From an uncultured Gammaproteobacteria bacterium (lineage in GTDB: Bacteria > Pseudomonadota > Gammaproteobacteria > Steroidobacterales > SZUA-146): 64,000 bases of DNA. The notes below the pieces were generated by a model. The model had not been told where the DNA came from and ran no database searches. It was given only the letters and a program-made list of their open reading frames with translations. The stretch covers positions 36,631 through 100,630 of the forward strand of contig CAWUKD010000001.1 of assembly GCA_963922815.1 (NCBI GenBank), in the 5' to 3' direction. Below, piece after piece: positions 55,080 to 63,233 of the stretch. Position 1 is the stretch's first letter. Each line of letters opens with the position of its first letter. The position numbers were made by a program, and so were the translations under genes.

Positions 55080-56593
55080 TAGTGTCCTGTCAGATTCGTC
55101 TGGCGAACAGCGGGTATGGTCATGCGAACCCGCAGGCCAGAAGGTTCAACATTTTGGGTTTCAACTCGCCCGCCGTGCTGCCTCATCGCGCGTGCCACGA
55201 TGGCCAGACCCAGGCCATAGCCCTGACCTGGCGCGCTGTTTGACGCGCGATAGAACGGCTCAAAGAGTGCGGCATGTTCATTCGGAGGAACTCCAGGCCC
55301 CTGATCCTGAACATCCAGTACGGCGACTCCGTCTTCAGAACGACACGATACGGTAACCGCGCCGCCCTCGGGGCTGTACTTGATGGCGTTGCGCACCACG
55401 TTCTCAATGGCCCGATCCAGCAGCTCACCTTTTGAACTGACCGAAACGTCATGATTCATCGTATCGAACTCAATTCGTACGTTTGCTGCCTGTGCATCCA
55501 TGGCGACGCGCTCTGCCGTTTCCTCAACAAGCTGTGCCAGTGATACGACCGTTTCCGCTATCGGGTTTGCGTCATTCTCGCTTCGTGCCAGCTGCAGCAT
55601 TTCATCCATCAATTTATCAAGGCGGTCAATTTCAAGGTCTGCACGATCAATATAGGTATCGTCCTGCGTATCCGCACCTCTTGCCAGTTCCAGTGCAAAC
55701 CGCAACCTCGCCAGCGGCGAACGCATTTCATGAGACAAATGATGCAGCAATCGATCGCGACCGCGAATCATTTCCTCAACGCCATCGGCCATGTGATCGA
55801 AATCTCGGGCCACGCGACCCATATCGTCGCCACGTGTCGACAAGTGCGTTCCAACGCGCGCCGAGAGGTCGCCGTTGGCGAATTGATTGATAGCGGCCTG
55901 TACCGACCTCAAAGGCGCAGTCAGATTGCGAGCCACAACCCATCCCGCCACGGCGATGCCCACCATTAACAAACCCAGATACACCAGCAGCGTCGTCCGC
56001 GTGGCGCCATGCAACAGGTTGCCTGACTCGTCGGGCAGGCCACCGGAACTGCCTCCGGGGCCGCCACCAGGTTCGCCACCCGGGCCGCCCGGAGGACGAC
56101 CCGGTCCACCGGGTCTGTGTTCCGGCCCTCCCGGCCCACCAGCCCGCCTTCCCGGCCCGACTCGATCCAGCGAGAGTGGTCTTTGGTGCACTATGAGCGC
56201 CGTGTCAGGGGGGATACCCTCTCCAATTAACGGCAGGGAGTGCAATTGCTGGCCGTTACGGGGGAGCTCAATGGTGGATCGTTGACCAAGAGACAATCGC
56301 GTACTGGAGTCCATTAGCGGGCGCGGCATTTCGCTGTCGGCAGTCTCGCCGTTTTCAAACAAGAACAGAGACAGGCCCCGTGCTGAATACTTGCGGTTAA
56401 GCGCCCGCACTCCCGATGCGCCATCGGTTAGATAAGTCTGCCTGGCCAGCGCCTGCAGCGCATCGAGATCGATGTCGTGTTCCACCACGGTCTCACTGTC
56501 TATGAGCAAACGTGTACCGAAAATACTGATGCCCAGAACGATAAAATTGGCCAGCATAAAGGCGAGAAGCAGACGCACGTAGAAGGTGTTCAC
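55079..56593 (-). CDS. CpxA-like sensor histidine kinase (2 TM, periplasmic domain with a Gly/Pro-rich insert, HAMP, HisKA, HATPase)
   Basis: H-box LSHEMRSPLARL, N-box VRNAIKYSP, G-boxes DQGPGVP and GYGLGLAIV. A GTG at 56593 lies 4 nt after the regulator stop. The track start 56623 would overlap the regulator gene. Confidence 0.85.
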   Translation of the reverse strand: MNTFYVRLLLAFMLANFIVLGISIFGTRLLIDSETVVEHDIDLDALQALARQTYLTDGASGVRALNRKYSARGLSLFLFENGETADSEMPRPLMDSSTRLSLGQRSTIELPRNGQQLHSLPLIGEGIPPDTALIVHQRPLSLDRVGPGRRAGGPGGPEHRPGGPGRPPGGPGGEPGGGPGGSSGGLPDESGNLLHGATRTTLLVYLGLLMVGIAVAGWVVARNLTAPLRSVQAAINQFANGDLSARVGTHLSTRGDDMGRVARDFDHMADGVEEMIRGRDRLLHHLSHEMRSPLARLRFALELARGADTQDDTYIDRADLEIDRLDKLMDEMLQLARSENDANPIAETVVSLAQLVEETAERVAMDAQAANVRIEFDTMNHDVSVSSKGELLDRAIENVVRNAIKYSPEGGAVTVSCRSEDGVAVLDVQDQGPGVPPNEHAALFEPFYRASNSAPGQGYGLGLAIVARAMRQHGGRVETQNVEPSGLRVRMTIPAVRQTNLTGH

Positions 56594-56597
56594 AGAC

Positions 56598-57314
56598 TTA
56601 GTCCCCGCCGCCGGTGTCAGCATTGAGCGTCAGAATATAACCCGCGCCCCGAACCGCATCGATGACGGGTGCTTCGGTCCCGGCCGCCCCGAGTTTCTTG
56701 CGCAGGCGGCTGATATGAACGTCAATGGCGCGATCTTCCCGTTCCAGCTCGCGGTGCAGGCCCTGTCGGGTAAGCTCTTCGCGACTGATCACCGTACCCG
56801 CCCGTTGCATTAATACGGCGAGCACGTCAAATTCTGCGCCGGTCAGACCAAGCTCGGCATCGCCTGACGTCACCAGCCGGCTGGCTGGCGTCAACGACAG
56901 GCAACCTGCAGTCAGCGTCGAGGGTGTTACCACTTCCTGGTGGCCACGCCGGCGTACCAGCGCATTGATTCGTGCGAGCAGTTCGCGAGGCAGACAAGGT
57001 TTGGACAGATAATCGTCTGCGCCCAGTTCCAGGCCCACCACACGGTCTACCGGCTCTCCGCGCCCCGATAGCATGAGCACCGGCAGAGTGTGGTTCTCGC
57101 GGATACGACGCAGTGCCGTAAGGCCGTCGATACCCGGCAACATGACATCCAGCACCAGTACGTCAATATCAGCCTGTCCGAGCGCCAGGCGCTCAATCGC
57201 CGCCTCCGCCGTCAGAACGGTGGAAGCACTGAGCCCCTGCCCGCCGAGATAGTCGACCAGCAGGTCGCCGAGCTCCGCATCGTCATCCGCTATCAGTACC
57301 TTTGTCTTCGTCAT
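56598..57314 (-). CDS. OmpR-family response regulator, CpxR-like
   Basis: VLIADDD..LDVMLPGIDG..DRVVGLELGADDYLSKP..DRAIDVHISRLRKKL..GAGYIL is collinear with E. coli CpxR as recalled. Confidence 0.88.
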   Translation of the reverse strand: MTKTKVLIADDDAELGDLLVDYLGGQGLSASTVLTAEAAIERLALGQADIDVLVLDVMLPGIDGLTALRRIRENHTLPVLMLSGRGEPVDRVVGLELGADDYLSKPCLPRELLARINALVRRRGHQEVVTPSTLTAGCLSLTPASRLVTSGDAELGLTGAEFDVLAVLMQRAGTVISREELTRQGLHRELEREDRAIDVHISRLRKKLGAAGTEAPVIDAVRGAGYILTLNADTGGGD

Positions 57315-57373
57315 TCCGTTCCATCCTGTTCTGTTCCGGAACTATGCCAGAGCACCGCCCGGCCGGCACAAAC

Positions 57374-57388
57374 TTTACCTAACTTTAC
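57374..57388 (-). promoter_or_regulatory. Perfect CpxR-type box GTAAA-N5-GTAAA
   Basis: The plus strand reads tttacctaactttac, so the minus strand reads GTAAAGTTAGGTAAA. It lies 60-74 nt upstream of the CpxR-like start codon. Confidence 0.55.
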
Positions 57389-57399
57389 GCAGCCGTAAC

Positions 57400-57615
57400 C
57401 CTACTTAAACCAGCCCGGTGTTCCAATACTCAGCACAAACGCTACAAACATGGATGAGCCTGAACCGCAATCTCTGCCAAGAGCATTGGCTTGATTCCCC
57501 TGACGCTCGAATAGCCTGTTCGATGAGCCCGGCTTAGCTCGTCGGTACCACAGGCAATGAGTAACGCGGTTCTGTGAATACGGCATCGGCGACGTTCGCC
57601 GGTGCCGGTTTTTTT
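57400..57615 (+). ncRNA. Candidate small RNA / ORF-less transcript divergent from the Cpx-like operon (5' end unknown)
   Basis: A plus-strand intrinsic terminator at 57581-57615 has no plus-strand CDS upstream. The longest plus-strand ORFs in 57315-57580 are 20 aa or shorter. The unit occupies the position of cpxP relative to cpxRA. Confidence 0.25.
57581..57615 (+). terminator. Orphan rho-independent terminator
   Basis: cggcatcggcg-acgtt-cgccggtgccg: an 11-bp stem including one G-U pair, followed by g + ttttttt. Confidence 0.65.
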
Positions 57616-57715
57616 GGAGTTGCTCATGCGTCGCATCGAACTTTCAAAGGGCGTAACCCGCAAGCCATCTCGCGGCTTGTACAGACCGAAACGGCTCGCC
57701 GAACGCACGCAATGA

Positions 57716-58297
57716 TTATGGCCGCAGCGCTTCAATAAACTGACGAACGGTCGCCTCCTGTTTCGCCACGGATGTCGCAGGCTCTCGATGCAGCGCGGCC
57801 AGCGCGGTTTCGGCAAGCATGGCATTGATCAATCGGGCCGACAGCTCCAGCGAAGGAACCTGCACTTCGCCGGCGTCCATGGCACGCTCAAGCCCGCGAA
57901 GCATGATCCCAAGACTTGAACGTGCCTCAAGATCCCTCGCCCGTTTCCAGCCAAGCACCTGCGGCCCCTGATCCAGTAATATGGACGCGAATTGCGGGTG
58001 CCTGACGGTTTTCAACCAGGCCAGACAGGCTAGAGTCAGTTCCTCCAGCGGGGAGCTCCTTCTTCCGCCGCGTCTTACGGCGCGAGTAATCGCGTCGTCC
58101 GAGGCCGCAACAAATACCGCCTCAAACAATTCCTGTTTGCTGCCGAAATGGTGATAAAGCGCTCCGCGCGACAGGCCGGCACGAGCAAGAATGTCGTTCG
58201 TATGCGTGTTGTCGTAACCGTCGCGAACAAAATGGACGCGTGCCGCATCAACGAGTTTGGCGCGGGTAAGCTCCCGCCTTTCCTGCTGGGTTGCCAT
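57716..58297 (-). CDS. TetR-family transcriptional regulator
   Basis: HTH region ARVHFVRDGYDNTHTNDILARAGLSRGALYHHFGSKQELF. Confidence 0.88.
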   Translation of the reverse strand: MATQQERRELTRAKLVDAARVHFVRDGYDNTHTNDILARAGLSRGALYHHFGSKQELFEAVFVAASDDAITRAVRRGGRRSSPLEELTLACLAWLKTVRHPQFASILLDQGPQVLGWKRARDLEARSSLGIMLRGLERAMDAGEVQVPSLELSARLINAMLAETALAALHREPATSVAKQEATVRQFIEALRP

Positions 58298-58346
58298 ACA
58301 GATACTTTACAGACTCCATGTCGGTTTGCTAGTGTAATCCGATATT

Positions 58347-58363
58347 ACCGACACCGTGTCGGT
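58347..58363. promoter_or_regulatory. Candidate TetR operator, perfect 8-1-8 palindrome
   Basis: ACCGACAC-C-GTGTCGGT lies in the 83-bp divergent spacer. The half-site tgtcggttt occurs again at ~58318-58326. Confidence 0.45.
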
Positions 58364-58380
58364 TTATTGAGGAGCTGACC

Positions 58381-58743
58381 ATGGCCGATTATCCGGAATC
58401 ATTCGATCACATGCTGGCCGCCTGGAATGAACAGGACGCCACCCTGGTACGCGGGCACCTTGAGCAGGCGCTGGCACCTGGCGTACGGTTTGTGGACCCT
58501 TCTGTTGATGTGACCGGCATCGATGAATTTGAAGCCAATGTTCACGAAGTGCATGGCCGACTGCCTGGCGCCGTGTACTCGCGCACTAGCGGAATTGATT
58601 CACAGCGCGGGTTTCATCGCTATTCCTGGGCGATTCACCTCGAAGGCAAGCTCGTACTGCCAGGTTTCGATGTGGTCGAAACAGATAAGTCTGACCGGGT
58701 CGTTCGCGTCATCGGATTCTTTGGACCCTTGCCTGATAAATAG
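58381..58743 (+). CDS. NTF2-like (SnoaL-type) small protein
   Basis: 120 aa with an alpha+beta-barrel-like pattern. GGAG RBS. Divergent from tetR. The family call rests on overall resemblance only. Confidence 0.55.
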   Translation: MADYPESFDHMLAAWNEQDATLVRGHLEQALAPGVRFVDPSVDVTGIDEFEANVHEVHGRLPGAVYSRTSGIDSQRGFHRYSWAIHLEGKLVLPGFDVVETDKSDRVVRVIGFFGPLPDK

Positions 58744-58806
58744 CCGCGGCCTCACAGCAGACTCAACCGAACTCAACCGCTGCGAAAGCGCATGCCAACC
58801 GGTTCT

Positions 58807-58827
58807 ACAGAGCACAGAGCACAGAGC
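58807..58827. repeat. Heptanucleotide tandem repeat (ACAGAGC)x3
   Basis: Read directly in the convergent intergenic spacer. Confidence 0.9.
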
Positions 58828-58860
58828 AGCAGCGCGCCCTCAAGCCAGGCGCACAACGCT

Positions 58861-59499
58861 TCAGGGAGAAACGCAGGGGTAAAAGTCGTGTTTCATTCTA
58901 AAATCATACCGAACGCGCCTGACCGAATCAGTGAACCCCTCTTGCAGTACCGGTTTAAACTGCCAGCGACTCATTGCGATTTTGATCGCCGGAAAGTAGG
59001 GCTGGTCTTTTGACGCGTTCACCAGGCGAATGCCATACGCCTTACCCACCGGAGAGATCTTGAACGTAACGGCAATATCCGGGTGATCACAGCTCCCCCC
59101 TTCATCATTAGGTAATCGGGCAAGCTGCTTATGCCGGACCAGCGGCCCGTCCGTGAACAAGGGCTTGTAGTCACCGGCCTTTACCGAATCGGACGCAGCG
59201 GCACTTATCGACGCGAAAGCCAGAAAGACAAGCCCTATGGCGCGCCAGGACGCATGCGCTCGCGCAGTTCTTTTTATTGCAACAGATACCTGCTGAACCG
59301 ATGAAACGGAACGTGTACTCAAGATGCCAGAGGAAACGACCGCGCACCACAGACCGTCGTACCGACCGTCGGTAAGATATCCGAAAACTGATGGCTGTAA
59401 TAAGAGTCGCATCCTGAACCGCCCTGCCGTGCTGTCCGTTTTGAAGATTCGCGCCTCAATGAGCAACGCGAAGCTCAGCGTACGATAACGCCCCTGCAC
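58861..59499 (-). CDS. Hypothetical exported protein with a TonB-C-terminal-like domain; start uncertain
   Basis: The C-terminal pattern VTFKISPVGKAYGIRLVNAS..FPAIKIAMSRWQFKP fits the TonB_C motif (V.F.I...G......V..S....F..A...A...W.F.P). An internal signal-like segment is WRAIGLVFLAFASISAAAS. The first ~70 aa of the track ORF are doubtful. Confidence 0.4.
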   Translation of the reverse strand: MQGRYRTLSFALLIEARIFKTDSTAGRFRMRLLLQPSVFGYLTDGRYDGLWCAVVSSGILSTRSVSSVQQVSVAIKRTARAHASWRAIGLVFLAFASISAAASDSVKAGDYKPLFTDGPLVRHKQLARLPNDEGGSCDHPDIAVTFKISPVGKAYGIRLVNASKDQPYFPAIKIAMSRWQFKPVLQEGFTDSVRRVRYDFRMKHDFYPCVSP

Positions 59500-59520
59500 A
59501 AACCGGAAAGATCAATACAG

Positions 59521-59559
59521 TACAACAAATAAATTACGGCCCGACAGGCGGGCCGTAAT
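59521..59559 (-). terminator. Rho-independent terminator of the PEP-CTERM gene
   Basis: An 11-bp perfect stem, attacggcccg / cgggccgtaat, with a 5-nt loop. On the minus strand it is followed by ttatttgttgta. Confidence 0.65.
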
Positions 59560-59581
59560 CTGAATTCACCGGTTCTTCCGG

Positions 59582-60214
59582 CTACTTCCTTCTCGAAAAC
59601 CCCAGCAGGCCAGCTATGCCAGATAGTAACAGCCAGACAGCTGCAGGCACAGGCACGGGTGCCGCCACGACCAGATAGCTTCCATAAGGCTGAATATTGG
59701 ACAGTGAATCAGAGATCACGGTGAGGCCTTCAACTTCGTACGTAGTAAAACCAAAATCAGTCTGATAAGCACCCATAGCATCGTGACCCGCACCATTGAC
59801 GTTGGCCGTCAGGCCCGAAACACCTGCCGGATAATCAAATGCCGCGTAAATCGTCCAGGTATTACCTAAAAAACTGCCGGCCAGTGCCACATTGGGGTCA
59901 GCACCGGGGCTCGAAGTCGCAGCACCAGCGGACAGGTCTATACCGAAGTTTGCCCACAGTGCCTGGACTTCGGCGTTAGTTGCGTAGCGAAAGCCTTCAA
60001 ATTCTCCGCCGGCGCCAAACTCGCCGCTTACGTAGTCGTACGTCAGCCCATACGTTTCCGTCAGATCCAGCCACTGAAGTCCGCTCACATCATCATACGT
60101 CAGCAGATTATCTCCGGCGCTCTGCCAGTCCGTACTGACGACCGATGCCCCCACACCCACCGAACAAAAAGCGAAGCAAACAGCCGCTGCTTTTACTAGT
60201 GTATTAATACTCAT
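59582..60214 (-). CDS. PEP-CTERM sorting-domain protein (exosortase substrate)
   Basis: Signal peptide MSINTLVKAAAVCFAFCSVGVGA. The C-terminus VPVPAAVWLLLSGIAGLLGFSRRK gives the VPxP motif + TM + basic tail. N-terminal body: GLQWLDLTET..Y..V..GFRYATNAEVQAL. Confidence 0.88.
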   Translation of the reverse strand: MSINTLVKAAAVCFAFCSVGVGASVVSTDWQSAGDNLLTYDDVSGLQWLDLTETYGLTYDYVSGEFGAGGEFEGFRYATNAEVQALWANFGIDLSAGAATSSPGADPNVALAGSFLGNTWTIYAAFDYPAGVSGLTANVNGAGHDAMGAYQTDFGFTTYEVEGLTVISDSLSNIQPYGSYLVVAAPVPVPAAVWLLLSGIAGLLGFSRRK

Positions 60215-60457
60215 ATTTGAACCCTCTTATTCTTTTGAAGGCAACAGGCGCTGCCTGTATCCAACGATAGAGGATGGTTCTATTAATTTCCAATCAGAAT
60301 AATTCCAAAGAGAACATTTTTACATAAGCGAGTTGTTATAAAAACGTAATGAGAATCGTTACCATTATTCGTAGCCGATGGCACAATTGAACCACTGCCG
60401 AATCAAACGTTCACTCTGAAATAGTTAACGAATACTCTGGAACTTTGAACCGCTGCA

Positions 60458-61765
60458 TCAAAACACCAGACTGATCGTCGTCCCTTCTGTATCGGATTTG
60501 ATGGCAATCTCGCCACCATGAGCGATCATGATTTGACGGCTCAAACTTAGTCCAATACCGCTGCCGTCCCGCTTGGTGGTAAAAAACGGCACAAACACCT
60601 GGTCGAGCACACTGTCCGGTATGCCCGGGCCATTGTCCTGCACCTGGATAACCGTTCTCCCATAGTTCAGCCTGGCGAGCAGCCGGACTCGCGGCGCTGT
60701 CGTTGACTCCAGCGCCGATACGGCGTTCTTCACGATGTTCAACAGCAGCTGATCAAACAGCGTGCGGTCGGCGACCAGTTCAAGCGACTCCGGAGTAATG
60801 CCCACCTCAACATCGATGTCGTTTAATTCAGTTTTCAGCAGCGTCACCGCGTCGTCGACAGCGGCGCGAATTGAAAACGTTTCGGGGTTGGGCTGCGGAA
60901 TGTGCAGCAGCTCACGATACTTTGAAACAAACCGCATCAATCCATCGCTGCGTCTGGCGATCGTGCTAACGGCCGACCGAATGTCCTCGGTGGCGTCTTC
61001 GTCGTCGAGCAGTGACTCGCACGTATTCGCCAGCGAGGTCACCGGAGTCAGCGTATTCATGATTTCATGGGTCAGCACCCTGATCAGGTTTCGCCACGCG
61101 CTCGTTTCGCGCTCGGTTAACTCACCCGACAGGTTTTCAATCGAATACAGCCGCTCGGTTTCTCCCGCCATTCGAATCTCGGATACCGACACGCGCAGCT
61201 CAACCGGTACTTCGCGTATCCGGGTTTGCAGCAGCTGTTGATCACCGGCACGAATAGCCCGCACCAAAGCCGGAAGCTGGGCATCGAGTTCGGCCAGTTC
61301 GTCAAGATGGCCCAGGTTGGGCATACCCGTCAGCCGTCGGGCCGGATTATTCACCAGACTCAAACTACCGTCTGCTTTCGCGGCGAAAAAAGGCACCGGC
61401 ACGTGTCGCACCACCGTTTCAAGGTAGTTGGCCTGAAGGTCCCGCTCGGCGCGAGAATCCTGAAAACGCTCGAGTATGCGGTTGAATGCGTCTTTGAGTT
61501 CGGCGTCGACGTCGTCCGCGATAAAACGACGCGTAAAGTCTTCATAGTTAATCGAGGCAAAAAAGTCCTGCAGCGTTTCCACGTGCGCCTCAACCGAATG
61601 CAGCAAAGCCACTACCTGCAGGACCACGACCACTCCCAGCACGATCGGAACAGCCGTGTGCCCCGTTGTGAACACAGCGTAAACCAGCGCCGCGATGGTT
61701 ATGACCAGCAGCACTACCTGCAGCGTGATGATCAGCCTGAAGCGTGCACGATAGCGCGGTTTCAC
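60458..61765 (-). CDS. Sensor histidine kinase (2 N-terminal TM, PAS-like region, HisKA, HATPase)
   Basis: H-box LTHEIMNTLTPV, N-box NIVKNAVSAL, DNGPGIP, GSGIGLSLSRQI. There is a 4-nt overlap with the upstream regulator gene. Confidence 0.85.
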   Translation of the reverse strand: MKPRYRARFRLIITLQVVLLVITIAALVYAVFTTGHTAVPIVLGVVVVLQVVALLHSVEAHVETLQDFFASINYEDFTRRFIADDVDAELKDAFNRILERFQDSRAERDLQANYLETVVRHVPVPFFAAKADGSLSLVNNPARRLTGMPNLGHLDELAELDAQLPALVRAIRAGDQQLLQTRIREVPVELRVSVSEIRMAGETERLYSIENLSGELTERETSAWRNLIRVLTHEIMNTLTPVTSLANTCESLLDDEDATEDIRSAVSTIARRSDGLMRFVSKYRELLHIPQPNPETFSIRAAVDDAVTLLKTELNDIDVEVGITPESLELVADRTLFDQLLLNIVKNAVSALESTTAPRVRLLARLNYGRTVIQVQDNGPGIPDSVLDQVFVPFFTTKRDGSGIGLSLSRQIMIAHGGEIAIKSDTEGTTISLVF

Positions 61766-63105
61766 AGGTCGAACTTCTCAATGCGACGATACAGGGCCGC
61801 ACGCGTAATGCCGAGCACATCGGCGGCGCGCGAAATATTGCCTTCATTGCGCTGCAGAGCTTCGACAATCAGACGCCGCTCGTTTTGTTCGAGATTCAGT
61901 GACGCGTCCGGTGCCGCGTTGACCGCCGGTTTGAGTACAAAGTCGTCCACACCCAGCGCGTCGCCTTCCGACAGGATCATGGCGCGTTCTACGACGTGCG
62001 ACAGTTCACGCACGTTGCCTGGCCACCCGTGCGCTCGAAGCGCCGCGAGCGCAGCCGCACCGACGGACTTTTCTTTAAGGCGGTACTTGCGGGCAAATCG
62101 CTTGATAAAGTGTTTGGTCAGTGCCGGCAAATCTTCCAGTCGTTCGCGCAGCGGTGGTAGTTCAATCTCAATAGTATTCAGTCGAAACAAGAGATCCTCC
62201 CGAAACCGCCCCTCGGCTACCATGTATTCAAGCGGCTGATTGGTAGCGGCCACCAGGCGCACATCAATCGCAACGGGCTGATCACTGCCCAGCGGTACCA
62301 CTTCCCGACTCTCCAGTACGCGAAGAAGCTTGGTTTGTAGTGCCAGAGGCAGGTTGCCAATTTCATCCAGAAACAGCGTGCCCTCGTGAGCGGCCTGAAA
62401 GCGACCGGCACGCGAGCTTGTGGCGTCAGTAAACGCGCCCTGCCTGTGTCCGAACAACTCGCTTTCAAACAGATTCTCGGGAACGGCACCCAAATCGACG
62501 GTCACCAGCATTTTCTCACTGCGCGCACTCTGCCGATGCAGCGCCTGAGCGATGAGTTCTTTACCCGTACCGTTTTCACCACGAATTAAAACGTTGACGT
62601 CCGTGGGGGCTACTCGTTCAACGACTCGCAGTACATCCTGCATCGCACTGGAGCCGGCCACCATATCCGTGACCGGGCGCGGCACGCTCATGGCGCTCAC
62701 AGTAGCCCGGGTTTTTCGAAGCGCCGCGGCCACGCCGAGCGTTGCCAGCAGTTTGTCGTTCTGCCACGGCTTCAGAATGAAATCGGCAGCACCTTCACGC
62801 ATGGCCCGCACCGCCATATTAAGATCACCAAAGGCCGTCATGAGTATCACTACCGCATCAGGATCGAGTTCGATAATGCGGTTGAGCCAGTGCAACCCCT
62901 CTGCCCCGGTATTGCGGCCAATGGCAAAGTTCATGTCCACCAGAAACACATCGATACTTTCGCTGCGCATCAGCGTTTCGATGTTGGACGGGTCTTCCGA
63001 GGTCAATACGCGCGAACAGTGCTTGCGCAGCAGCAACCGCGCGGCGGTCAAAACATCAGCGTCGTCGTCTACGATCAGTATGGTTGCCTGCATCATGCTG
63101 GCCAC
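61762..63105 (-). CDS. Sigma-54-dependent (NtrC-family) response regulator
   Basis: Receiver [18 protein letters not shown]+ domain with Walker [15 protein letters not shown] (the GAFTGA-type loop) and FLDEIG. C-terminal [23 protein letters not shown]. Confidence 0.9.
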   Translation of the reverse strand: MASMMQATILIVDDDADVLTAARLLLRKHCSRVLTSEDPSNIETLMRSESIDVFLVDMNFAIGRNTGAEGLHWLNRIIELDPDAVVILMTAFGDLNMAVRAMREGAADFILKPWQNDKLLATLGVAAALRKTRATVSAMSVPRPVTDMVAGSSAMQDVLRVVERVAPTDVNVLIRGENGTGKELIAQALHRQSARSEKMLVTVDLGAVPENLFESELFGHRQGAFTDATSSRAGRFQAAHEGTLFLDEIGNLPLALQTKLLRVLESREVVPLGSDQPVAIDVRLVAATNQPLEYMVAEGRFREDLLFRLNTIEIELPPLRERLEDLPALTKHFIKRFARKYRLKEKSVGAAALAALRAHGWPGNVRELSHVVERAMILSEGDALGVDDFVLKPAVNAAPDASLNLEQNERRLIVEALQRNEGNISRAADVLGITRAALYRRIEKFDL

Positions 63106-63137
63106 TCTATCGGCATGAGTGTCCGAAATCGATCACT

Positions 63138-63153
63138 TTGTACGATTCCGTAC
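63138..63153. promoter_or_regulatory. Candidate enhancer (UAS) inverted repeat for the sigma-54 activator
   Basis: TGTACG-attc-CGTACA, centred about 75 bp upstream of the -24 element. Confidence 0.3.
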
Positions 63154-63205
63154 ACTGCTCCCACCCCACACCCACCCTATCTTATTGATTTTCTTGGCAT
63201 CTGGA

Positions 63206-63222
63206 TTGGCACAGAGATTGCA
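63206..63222 (+). promoter_or_regulatory. Sigma-54 (-24/-12) promoter
   Basis: TTGGCACagagaTTGCA, with GG and GC separated by 10 nt. This matches YTGGCACG-N4-TTGCW closely and lies immediately upstream of the HlyD-type gene. Confidence 0.7.
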
Positions 63223-63233
63223 TTTTTAAAGGC

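Noticed and set aside
57401-57825. Minus-strand ORFs 57401-57586 (61 aa) and 57442-57825 (127 aa) in the Cpx-like upstream gap.
   Set aside because: The longer one overlaps the TetR gene out of frame. Both have Arg/Cys-rich implausible sequences and no RBS, and they run through the terminator hairpin.
60458-63105. Interpreting the kinase / sigma-54 regulator pair next to the PEP-CTERM gene as PrsK/PrsR.
   Set aside because: The kinase is short (435 aa, two TM segments) compared with the large polytopic PrsK I recall. The PEP-CTERM gene has no convincing -24/-12 element upstream. The clear sigma-54 promoter faces the HlyD-type gene instead.
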